From positions 1 to 39,084 of the forward strand of contig CAZCCX010000001.1 of NCBI GenBank assembly GCA_964497115.1: a DNA stretch of 39,084 nt, in the 5' to 3' direction. The DNA comes from an uncultured Desulfobacteraceae bacterium (lineage in GTDB: Bacteria; Desulfobacterota; DSM-4660; Desulfatiglandales; HGW-15). This document shows positions 17,369 to 25,360 of the stretch, piece by piece; positions within the stretch are counted from its first letter, which is position 1; every line of letters starts with the position of its first letter. The position numbers and the translations under genes are program-made. Below the pieces are notes generated by a model that was given only the letters and a program-made list of their open reading frames with translations, did not search any database and had not been told where the DNA came from.

Positions 17369-18367
17369 TCAGCCGAGAATTCCGAGGCCAAGCCCCTTGT
17401 CTATGGCCTTGAGCCCGGCGAAAAACAAGACCACAATGACCATATAGCGAATGAATTTGGGCTTGGCGATGCTCAGAAGCCTTACCCCGACAAATGATCC
17501 AAACATCAATCCCAGGATGGAGGGGATGGCAATCAAAGGGATCACACAGCCCTTGTTCATGTATATCCACGCCGCGGATGTATCGGTAATGGAAAGGAGA
17601 AATTTGCTCGTGGCCACGGATACCTTTAAGGGCACGCCCATGACAAGATTGAGCACCGGAAGATTGGCCCATCCCGCTCCCAGGCCGAACATGCCGGCCA
17701 GCATACCGACCAAGATGAACATGGCAAGCCCAAGGGGGGTCCGATGGGTCTTCCAACTGACCTCTTCACCGGTCCCCTCATCAAGATAGGCGCCGTTAAT
17801 GCCCAGGGCGAGACCGAGCGCATCCTGTTTCGTCACAATCGGTTTTTCCGTATTCTTCGAAAACAGCAGGAGAATCGCGATGCCCAAGATGGTGGTGCCC
17901 AGGCAGACCTGGACAATGTCCGGGTTCAGCCTGGAAAGATAGAGTCCGAGCATGGCGCCGACGATGGAACACGCCGAGGCGATCAATGCCACCGGGAGGG
18001 CCAGCCGCAGGCTCGCAAGGTTTCGTCTCAGAAGACCGGGCCCGGCCGCCAGTGCGCCGGCCAGGGCCACCATCAGGCCTGCGCCGCGGACAAAATCGAT
18101 GTGGAACGGGAAAAAACCGCTCACCAGTGGGACATAGAGGACCCCTCCGCCGACACCCGCCAGGACGGCGATGATGCCGAGCGCGAAGCAGAATACAAAT
18201 AATATCAGAGGCCAAAACCACCATGGGTGTGTTGCCCCATCCGTCCCCACATTTTCGGCCGCTGATGCCGTCAGGGGATGGGTCAGTATCATGACCAGCG
18301 TCAAATTGACCAAAAAAGGGAATTTTTTCCAATACTTCAAAAGCATGGCCTCAAGACCCCTTCGCAT
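17369..18367 (-). CDS. TSUP (TauE/SafE, DUF81) family anion permease, copy 2
   Basis: Motifs LAGVGGGVLYVPL and GMFGLGAGWANLPVLNLVMGVPLKVSVATS. It has the same 4+4 TM layout and the same inter-half insertion as copy 1. An N-terminal signal-like segment is present. Confidence 0.85.
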   Translation of the reverse strand: MRRGLEAMLLKYWKKFPFLVNLTLVMILTHPLTASAAENVGTDGATHPWWFWPLILFVFCFALGIIAVLAGVGGGVLYVPLVSGFFPFHIDFVRGAGLMVALAGALAAGPGLLRRNLASLRLALPVALIASACSIVGAMLGLYLSRLNPDIVQVCLGTTILGIAILLLFSKNTEKPIVTKQDALGLALGINGAYLDEGTGEEVSWKTHRTPLGLAMFILVGMLAGMFGLGAGWANLPVLNLVMGVPLKVSVATSKFLLSITDTSAAWIYMNKGCVIPLIAIPSILGLMFGSFVGVRLLSIAKPKFIRYMVIVVLFFAGLKAIDKGLGLGILG

Positions 18368-18431
18368 TCTCTCTTTCCAAAGATAGTCGTTTGTGCTCTA
18401 ATATGCGCCTCAGCGATAAGAATGACTGTTT

Positions 18432-18457
18432 AATAATGAAACATATGTTTATTTATT
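18432..18457. promoter_or_regulatory. Palindromic candidate operator in the AT-rich divergent promoter region
   Basis: Perfect 12-nt palindrome AAACATATGTTT (18439-18450) with imperfect AT-rich flanks. It lies between the divergent starts at 18367 (-) and 18498 (+). Confidence 0.3.
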
Positions 18458-18497
18458 AAATAATAATCTTGATGTCAATCCTTTTTTATGATGCAAT

Positions 18498-18878
18498 ATG
18501 ATTCATATGAAGATCCTTGTTGTTGACGACGAAAAGAAGATTGCCGACGCTTTGGCTCAAAGGCTGGTGCTGAGGGGTTTTGATGCCACACCGGTCTATG
18601 ACGGAAGGTCCGCTCTTTCCCGGTTGAGAAGGGATGATTTCGATAGTATGGTTTTAGATCTCCGTCTGCCGGATATCGATGGGATTGAGGTTCTCAGAAA
18701 GATCATGGAGACCTCACCGGACATGAGGGTGGTCATCCTGTCCGGCCATGCCAATGAGCAGGATTTTATGATTTGCTTTGATCTCGGCGCGATTGCCTGT
18801 TTTCATAAGCCCGCAAAGATCTCCAAACTTGAAGAGGCCCTAACCCAACGGCCTGAGAAAAGAGATGAATTCCATTAG
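18498..18878 (+). CDS. Single-domain response regulator
   Basis: [49 protein letters not shown]. The stop overlaps the kinase start by 14 nt. Confidence 0.85.
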   Translation: MIHMKILVVDDEKKIADALAQRLVLRGFDATPVYDGRSALSRLRRDDFDSMVLDLRLPDIDGIEVLRKIMETSPDMRVVILSGHANEQDFMICFDLGAIACFHKPAKISKLEEALTQRPEKRDEFH

Positions 18879-20625
18879 TAGACTGACAACTCAGTTTGCA
18901 CCGAAGTTCTGGAATGCCGGGACATCCATGGCTCAAGGTCAGACCCTGTTCAATTACAGGAGATTCTACCTCGTTTCTTTTTCGCTTCGAGCCTTGGTCT
19001 CCATCGTCCCCATGGCGATCCTGCTCATATTTACTTATATGCTGGAGGATACGGCGATCAAGAATGAAAACCATCTTCGAACAGTCCGTTTGACATCCAA
19101 CACGAGGCGGACCATCACGTATTTCTTGCAGGAACGGTTGGACGCGCTGAAGTTCATTATTCAGCAAAAGAGAATCGAAACGCTAAAAGATCCAAATGAG
19201 TTGCCACAGGTTCTGTACAATCTCAAGATGGGGTTCGGCGGCTTTGTAGACCTGGGGCTGATCGATGGTTCCGGTTTGCAGATAAATTATTCCGGACCTT
19301 TTTTACTCACAGGAAAAGACTACAGGAATCAGGAATGGTTCAAAAAGTGTGCTGAGGACGGCTTGTATGTCAGTGATGTATTTATGGGTTACCGGAATCT
19401 CCCTCACATGATCGTCGCAATAAGATGGCCCATGGAGAATGGCGGATTTCATATCCTCCGTGCAACACTGGATATCCAAAAACTCATTCAAATCCTGTCT
19501 TCACTGGAACTCACTGAAGGGAGTGAGGCCTTTCTTTGCAGCCGTGACGGTTTGCTTCAGACCCCCTCCAAGTATTATGGGGAGATGCTCGAGAGAATCG
19601 ATTTACCTATGCCCGAATATTCAACGCATTCTCAGGTCATTGAGACCGTAGATCGGGCAGGCGATCCTATTTTGATCGGGTATGCCTACATAGAAAACTC
19701 TCCCTATATCCTCATGTTGGTCAAACGAAGCGTAGAGATCATGAAGGGTTGGGTTTCTATGCGCAAGGAAATCAGCTGGTTTTTTGGGGTGAGTGTCGTG
19801 GTTACCCTGGTTGTCGTCTTGGGTATATCCACATTAATGGTGAACAAGATCTATGATGCCGATCAAACAAGACTGAAGGCTATCGAACGCCTTGAAACGT
19901 CCAGCAGGCTGATCTCTGTTGGTCGATTGGCGGCCGGTGTCGCCCACGAGATCAATAACCCGTTGGCCGTCATCGGAGAGAATGCGGGGTTGATTAAGGA
20001 TCTTTTCTCCTTGAGAAAAGAATACAAGCAAGATCAACACGTTATGGAACTCATCGACGCCGTGCTGGAGTCGGTGGAGCGGTCCGGTGAGATTACCAAA
20101 GAGCTTTTGGGGTTTGCCAGACACTTTGAGCCGAGAATTACGCCGATCGAATTGAATAGGGTCATCTCAGAGGTCCTGTCTTTCCATAGAAAGGAGGCCT
20201 TATACCGGAATATAGGCATCAATGTGGATATCCCGGAAGACATCCCCGTGATTCATTCAGACCATGGAAGGCTGCAACAGATCCTCCTCAATCTCATCAA
20301 CAACGCCTTCCAGGCCATGAAGAGCGGGGGATGCCTTGACATTTCAGTGAAAAGAGAGGGGATGGAGAGCGTCTCCATAAGCATAAGTGACACCGGCCCC
20401 GGCATATCACCAGAGGACCAAAAAAGGATTTTCGAGCCCTTTTTTACTACCAAAGGATCGGAAGGCGGGGTAGGCCTCGGGCTGTCCATTACGTTCGGGC
20501 TTGTGGGAAAACTCAAAGGTGATATTTCTGTGCAAAGCAAGCTTGGCGAAGGAACCGCTTTTGTGATCACCTTGCCGATAGCCATTAAAGGAGACACCAA
20601 GAATGAAGGTCCTGCTTGTCGATGA
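18865..20625 (+). CDS. Sensor histidine kinase with two TM helices and an extracytoplasmic Cache/PDC-like domain
   Basis: TM1 LVSFSLRALVSIVPMAILLIFTYML, then a loop of about 270 aa, then TM2 ISWFFGVSVVVTLVVVLGISTLMV. H-box AAGVAHEINNPLAVI, N-box LLNLINNAFQAM, G1 DTGPGI, F-box FEPFFTTK, G2 GVGLGLS. Confidence 0.85.
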   Translation: MNSISRLTTQFAPKFWNAGTSMAQGQTLFNYRRFYLVSFSLRALVSIVPMAILLIFTYMLEDTAIKNENHLRTVRLTSNTRRTITYFLQERLDALKFIIQQKRIETLKDPNELPQVLYNLKMGFGGFVDLGLIDGSGLQINYSGPFLLTGKDYRNQEWFKKCAEDGLYVSDVFMGYRNLPHMIVAIRWPMENGGFHILRATLDIQKLIQILSSLELTEGSEAFLCSRDGLLQTPSKYYGEMLERIDLPMPEYSTHSQVIETVDRAGDPILIGYAYIENSPYILMLVKRSVEIMKGWVSMRKEISWFFGVSVVVTLVVVLGISTLMVNKIYDADQTRLKAIERLETSSRLISVGRLAAGVAHEINNPLAVIGENAGLIKDLFSLRKEYKQDQHVMELIDAVLESVERSGEITKELLGFARHFEPRITPIELNRVISEVLSFHRKEALYRNIGINVDIPEDIPVIHSDHGRLQQILLNLINNAFQAMKSGGCLDISVKREGMESVSISISDTGPGISPEDQKRIFEPFFTTKGSEGGVGLGLSITFGLVGKLKGDISVQSKLGEGTAFVITLPIAIKGDTKNEGPACR

Positions 20626-20956
20626 CGAGGAAAAATTTGTTTCCCGGTTGGCGGAAAGGCTGGAACTCAGGGGTTTCGAGGCCGACTGGGCCACGACTTG
20701 TGATGAGGCACTGTCCAAGGCCGAGGCCAAACAATACGATATCGCCGTGTTGGATGTGAAAATGCCGCGTCTGAGCGGCATAGATCTGAAGAAGAAGCTT
20801 GAAAAATTTGTCCCGAGAACCAGGTTTGTCTTTGTCACAGGTCACGGTTCCCAAGAGGATTATCATATCGGAATGCGAGAGGGGGTCTGCTGTCTCATAA
20901 AGCCCTTTAAGATTGAGACCCTTGTGGAAAAGATAAGGGAAGCCATGAACGTATAG
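20603..20956 (+). CDS. Single-domain response regulator
   Basis: KVLLVDDEEKFVSRLAERLELRGFEA, AVLDVKMPRLSG, VFVTGH, LIKPF. The start overlaps the kinase 3' end by 23 nt. Confidence 0.85.
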   Translation: MKVLLVDDEEKFVSRLAERLELRGFEADWATTCDEALSKAEAKQYDIAVLDVKMPRLSGIDLKKKLEKFVPRTRFVFVTGHGSQEDYHIGMREGVCCLIKPFKIETLVEKIREAMNV

Positions 20957-20977
20957 ATTGAGACATTAGGAGTTCAT

Positions 20978-21685
20978 ATGGAAGAAGAGATCGGGAAAAT
21001 CTGTGCCGAGGGATTGTCGTTCTTCGGAATGACGAATAGACTCATCTCTCACGAGTTAAAGAACATTCTGGCCATCACATCTGAAACGTTGGGACTGATG
21101 AATGAATTGGTGGAGCTGTCGGAAACAGGTGTGGCGTTGGAGCCCGGCAAGCTTAGCGCGCTGAGTGAAAGCATCATGGAAGAGGTTGAAAGGGCAAACC
21201 GGATTATTCGAAACATGAACACCTTTGCCCACAGCGTTGACGACTTTATCAGGGAGGTCGACCTCGGGCAGACTATAGGCCTCACCATGGAGATTTGCCG
21301 ATTGGACTCAGCCCTGAGAAAGACCGAGTTGAATCTGGTCGAGAGTGAGGCATGTACGATATACACGAGCCCCCTTTTTCTGAAGAACCTTCTCTACCGA
21401 GTCATAAACTTCTCTTTGCGTCAACCCGGCCGAGGAAATGAGATTCGAATTTCATTTGGTGCAAATGATCACGGGACGAGGATTGCCTTTTCCGGCCTCG
21501 CCTCGCCTATCCCCGGCGAATTCCCAACGAGAAAAGAGACTTTGCTTGCCGATGCGTTATCCGCAGAGGTATCACGCGACGCTGATGCAGGGGAACTGCA
21601 CATTGACCTTCCCAAAAGGATAGGGGAGAGTCTTATTCTTGAAATCAAGCAGAAACATAATAAGATCGCAGAATTTATAGATTAG
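20978..21685 (+). CDS. Cytoplasmic histidine-kinase-like protein with H-box but degenerate ATP-binding domain (candidate phosphotransferase or phosphatase)
   Basis: H-box-like LISHELKNILAI, and an N-box-like LKNLLYRVINFSL. I can find no DxGxG (G1) box and no GxGLGL (G2) lid. The C-terminal strands (AEVSRDADAGELHIDLP) resemble the end of an HATPase fold. There is no TM segment or sensor domain. Confidence 0.6.
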   Translation: MEEEIGKICAEGLSFFGMTNRLISHELKNILAITSETLGLMNELVELSETGVALEPGKLSALSESIMEEVERANRIIRNMNTFAHSVDDFIREVDLGQTIGLTMEICRLDSALRKTELNLVESEACTIYTSPLFLKNLLYRVINFSLRQPGRGNEIRISFGANDHGTRIAFSGLASPIPGEFPTRKETLLADALSAEVSRDADAGELHIDLPKRIGESLILEIKQKHNKIAEFID

Positions 21686-21711
21686 AAGAACGGAACTATC
21701 GCCATAGGCGG

Positions 21712-22056
21712 ATGCTCCTGGTAGAAGATGACTTAAAGATCGCTTCATTTGTCTCAAAGGGCTTCAGAGAGGCCCGATTTGCCCTGGATCACGCCGTCGA
21801 TGGAGATGACGGACTCTCCCTTGCGCTTAATACGCCATATGACGCGGCGGTCATAGACATCATGTTGCCCGGGATGGACGGCCTCCGTCTTATTGAGGAA
21901 CTTCGGAAGAAGCATATCCACACTCCCATCATCGTTTTGAGTGCCAGGAGATCGGTGGACGACAGGATCAAGGGGCTCCAGATAGGGGGAGACGATTATC
22001 TGACCAAGCCTTTTTCATCAGGATTGCAGACCAAAAGAACAGGACCATTACCTTGA
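21712..22056 (+). pseudogene. Truncated OmpR-family response regulator (receiver only; effector domain deleted)
   Basis: LLVEDDLKIASFV, AVIDIMLPGMDG, IIVLSARRSVDDRIKGLQIGGDDYLTKPFS. It then runs into unrelated sequence and stops. No winged-helix segment was found in any frame downstream. Confidence 0.55.
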
Positions 22057-22417
22057 CACTCCCCCATCAATGGTTGGAGTCTGATTTGAAATGGCTTGAA
22101 GCTCCGATCTTCTATAGAGACTCGAAGTGGAGTTACCTCCCCATTAGGGATGACAGATATGAATTGGAAGTATGCTCTGCCTTCGTAAACCAATCCCATA
22201 TCCTGCAAGTAGGGAAAAGCAATGAATACCGGTAGAAGATCTGCCCAGGATATGGGAATGGTTGTTCAGGGGTGAGAAGGCCCGGAGCCGGAGGGGATTG
22301 GGGCTGGGGCTGAGCCTGGTCAAGGCCGTTGTTCAGGCCCATGATGGCCGCATCGAGGTCTCAAGCGAACCGGGAAAGGGGACCACATTCGGCTTGATCC
22401 TCCCCTCTACGAATTGA
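22029..22417 (+). pseudogene. C-terminal remnant of a histidine kinase (frameshifted, no start, no sensor or H-box)
   Basis: The frame at 22226-22417 reads IPVEDLPRIWEWLFRGEKARSRRGLGLGLSLVKAVVQAHDGRIEVSSEPGKGTTFGLILPSTN*, which covers the F/G2 boxes and the end of the HATPase fold. The preceding frame (to 22235) has an N-box-like ...SHILQV... segment. At least one frameshift and internal deletions are present. Confidence 0.6.
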
Positions 22418-22422
22418 TTTTC

Positions 22423-23787
22423 CTAGCCTTCCATCCCGTAGCGTTTCAGTTTCCTCCAGAGGGAGACTCGATCGATACCCATGATCTTGGCCGCCCTGGT
22501 TTTGTTTCCGCCGCTTTTTTCCAGGACCCATTTTATATAATGTTTCTCCTGTTCATCGAGTGTGGGGATGGCAGACGGTGTATGACGGTAGGTCTCGATG
22601 GAGAGATTGCGGATAGATTCCGGAAGGTCCGCCGCCCGAACGGTATCGCCGTTCTCCAGGGCCACGGCCCTTTCGATGACGTTCTCCAGTTCCCTGACGT
22701 TCCCGGGCCACCCGTATTGGGTCAGCAGTCCCATGGCCTCCGGGTCGATGTGGCGGATATCTTTGCCCATGGCTTGGCTTTTTTGGGCCAGAAAATGGTT
22801 GGCCAGCAGAGGAATATCGCCTGACCGTTCCGTCAGCGGGGGAAGGCGGATTGTAATCACATTGAGACGATAATAGAGATCCTGTCGGAAATCTTCCGAC
22901 TCCACATCCTCTTTGAGGTTGCGGTGCGTTGCGGAGACAAACCGCACGTCGACCGGGATGGGCGAAAGCCCGCCGACACGCAGCAATTCTTTTTCCTGGA
23001 TGACCCGCAGAAGTTTCACCTGCATGGTTAGGGGCATGTCCCCGACTTCGTCCAGAAAAACGGTGCCGCCGTCGGCAAATTGAAGTAGACCGGCCTTATC
23101 GATCGATGCGCCGGTAAAAGCCCCTTTTTCATGACCAAACAGTTCGTTGGCCATCAACTCTTCGGTAAAAGAACCGCAATTGAATGCCACGAATTTCTTC
23201 GCGGATCGGCCACTCAGATCATGGATCGCCTTGGCGACCAGTTCCTTTCCCGTCCCGCTTTCTCCCAGGAGGAGTATATTCGTGTCCGAAGGGGCGATCT
23301 GCTGAACCGTTTCAAGCACCCCGTTCATGGACTCGCTCCTTCCGACAATGTAAGGAACCCGACTCGCCTTTTCGAGAGAGGCCCGAAGTTCAAGGTTTTC
23401 CATCTGAAGCCTTCGTTTAATCAAGGCCTCCCTGGCGACCTTTCGGACCTCGTCTATTTTATAGGGTTTAGCGATATAGTGATAAGCCCCCTCCTTCATG
23501 GCCTCTACGGCGCTGTCCACCGTTGCATATCCGGTGATCATAATCACCTCGGTGTAAGGCAGCAGGCGCCTGCTCTCCTCCAAGACCTTCATTCCGTCGA
23601 CATTTTCCATCTTGAGGTCAGTGATGACGAGATCAAAGATCGTGGTATTCAAGCACTCCAAGGCCTGCTTACCGTTGTCTACCGAAACGACGTCATAGCC
23701 TTCTTTTTCGAGGATATGCTCCAGATTCCTACGGGCCATATCCTCATCTTCTACGATAAGTATTCTTTCCTTAATGCGCTCCGCCAT
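22423..23787 (-). CDS. Sigma54-dependent response regulator (NtrC family: REC-AAA+-Fis) with canonical GAFTGA
   Basis: ORF 22423-23991. The likely ATG at 23787 (MAERIKERILIVEDE) overlaps the kinase stop by 17 nt. Motifs: GESGTGKE, GHEKGAFTGA, GGTVFLDEVGD, WPGNVRELEN, and the HTH GNKTRAAKIMGIDRVSLWRKLKRYG. Confidence 0.9.
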   Translation of the reverse strand: MAERIKERILIVEDEDMARRNLEHILEKEGYDVVSVDNGKQALECLNTTIFDLVITDLKMENVDGMKVLEESRRLLPYTEVIMITGYATVDSAVEAMKEGAYHYIAKPYKIDEVRKVAREALIKRRLQMENLELRASLEKASRVPYIVGRSESMNGVLETVQQIAPSDTNILLLGESGTGKELVAKAIHDLSGRSAKKFVAFNCGSFTEELMANELFGHEKGAFTGASIDKAGLLQFADGGTVFLDEVGDMPLTMQVKLLRVIQEKELLRVGGLSPIPVDVRFVSATHRNLKEDVESEDFRQDLYYRLNVITIRLPPLTERSGDIPLLANHFLAQKSQAMGKDIRHIDPEAMGLLTQYGWPGNVRELENVIERAVALENGDTVRAADLPESIRNLSIETYRHTPSAIPTLDEQEKHYIKWVLEKSGGNKTRAAKIMGIDRVSLWRKLKRYGMEG

Positions 23788-25282
23788 CTTCTTCTGTGAA
23801 GGGCAAGAAAACTGAAAATATCGTTCCTTCTCCCAGTTCGCTCTCGACCTCCATTCGCCCTCCGTGCTGCTCCAGTATGCCGTGGCAGATGGAAAGACCC
23901 AGTCCGGTGCCCCCTTGTTCCAATAGACTGTGCGAAGATGCGCCTGTTCGGACACTGCCGGCGACATCTTTAGTGCTGAAAAAAGGATCAAAGATTCTCG
24001 GGATGTCTTCTTCCGGAATGCCTTTTCCGGTGTCCTCCACCTGGAGATAGAATAACGCTTCCTCCTCTATCTTGCCGGCCCTGATGGTCAATCTCCCCCC
24101 GTCATTTTCCATGGCCTGCAAGCCGTTCAAGATCAGGTTGAGCAGGACCTGCTGAATCCTGCGACCATCCATATTCCCCTGGATGTCCTCAGGCACATTC
24201 ACGCTCAGTTCCACGTCTGCCGGCAGGTCGCCTTTTATCAGTTTAATGGTATCGTCCACAAGACTCTTCAGGGGCACCCGTTTCAAGCTGAATGTCCTTT
24301 CCCGGGAAAACTCCAGAAGTGCCTTGACAATGTCCCTCGCCCTATCGACCTGTTTTTCCGTTTCAGTCAGGAGCTGTCTCTTGTAATCCAGATCGGCCTC
24401 CTCCAATTCTTCCAACAGGATTTGTACCGAGGTGGAGATATTGTTCAAGGGATTGTTCAGTTCGTGGGCCACACCGGAGGTCAAGGTTCCCAGAGATGCC
24501 AGCTTTTCCGAATGGATAAGGCGTTCACTTCGCCTGTTCAGTTCTTTAATCATGTTGTTTAAACTGGTCACCAGGGTTTCAAATTCGTCGCCGGTTCCGA
24601 TCTCGGGGATGCTTTCATAGTCTCCCGCGGCAATCTTGTGAATGGCATTTTCGATGGCCTTGAGGGGGCGGTTGACGTTGAAGATCAGAAATAGAACGGC
24701 CAGAACGGATAAAACGATCATCCCTGCCAAGGCCATGAAATGATAAAGACTCGACTCTTTCATCAGCCTTTTGACATATTGGTGCTCTTTGTTGACCATC
24801 TTTTCCACATCGGTCGTCACGATTCTTCCGAGCGATTCGGTCTCGTTATGTGCACTTGATAAATCTCCGGTTGGCGTTTCGGCCGCTTTCAAGGCGCCGT
24901 CGTCCCGATAAAAACCCAGCACGGCGATCAGAGAATCCTTGTACCGTTGAATTTCGCCTATTATCTGGTCCAGGTTTTTTGCAGCCGTGTATTTCCCGTA
25001 ATAATCAACAATGTAGTGCATCTTCTCTTCGGCCTGTAGGATATAGGAAAGCGCGGACTTCAGGCTATTGACATCTAAGGAGAGGAAGTAGTTTTTTTCA
25101 TATCTCCGGGCCTCGAGTATGGTGTTGAGGAGGACGTCTTTCTCCTCGATGATCTGAAGTTTGCGATTAAGGATATCGTGTTTGTAGTAATTCAAAAACC
25201 ATATGAGTCCACCCGCCAGGATAAAGGCGGCAAAGGCAATCATGACTTTTCTTCTAATACTGGTCTTCATGGCCGATTCCAA
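23771..25282 (-). CDS. Sensor histidine kinase (2 TM, helical periplasmic sensor, HAMP, HisKA, HATPase)
   Basis: TM1 VMIAFAAFILAGGLIWFL, a helical loop of about 150 aa (EARRYEKNYFL), then TM2 FMALAGMIVLSVLAVLFLIF. HAMP (NRPLKAIENAIHKIAAGDY), H-box GVAHELNNPLNNI, N-box LLNLILNGLQAM, G1 DTGKGI, G2 GTGLGLS. Confidence 0.85.
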   Translation of the reverse strand: MESAMKTSIRRKVMIAFAAFILAGGLIWFLNYYKHDILNRKLQIIEEKDVLLNTILEARRYEKNYFLSLDVNSLKSALSYILQAEEKMHYIVDYYGKYTAAKNLDQIIGEIQRYKDSLIAVLGFYRDDGALKAAETPTGDLSSAHNETESLGRIVTTDVEKMVNKEHQYVKRLMKESSLYHFMALAGMIVLSVLAVLFLIFNVNRPLKAIENAIHKIAAGDYESIPEIGTGDEFETLVTSLNNMIKELNRRSERLIHSEKLASLGTLTSGVAHELNNPLNNISTSVQILLEELEEADLDYKRQLLTETEKQVDRARDIVKALLEFSRERTFSLKRVPLKSLVDDTIKLIKGDLPADVELSVNVPEDIQGNMDGRRIQQVLLNLILNGLQAMENDGGRLTIRAGKIEEEALFYLQVEDTGKGIPEEDIPRIFDPFFSTKDVAGSVRTGASSHSLLEQGGTGLGLSICHGILEQHGGRMEVESELGEGTIFSVFLPFTEEDGGAH

Positions 25283-25360
25283 CGGTTCTTGCCGGTTCTG
25301 TCAGAGGGATTATTTTACGGGAAGTCAAAACATAATAGAAATACTTATACACAAAGGGGA

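Noticed and set aside
17352-18386. Alternative-frame ORFs over TSUP copy 2 (17352-17756, 17744-18202, 17796-18332 and others)
   Set aside because: Same reasoning as for TSUP copy 1. The TSUP frame carries the family motifs and the others do not.
23131-23799. 222-aa plus-strand ORF opposite the NtrC-type activator
   Set aside because: It is antisense to a gene with complete Walker A, GAFTGA, Walker B and HTH motifs.
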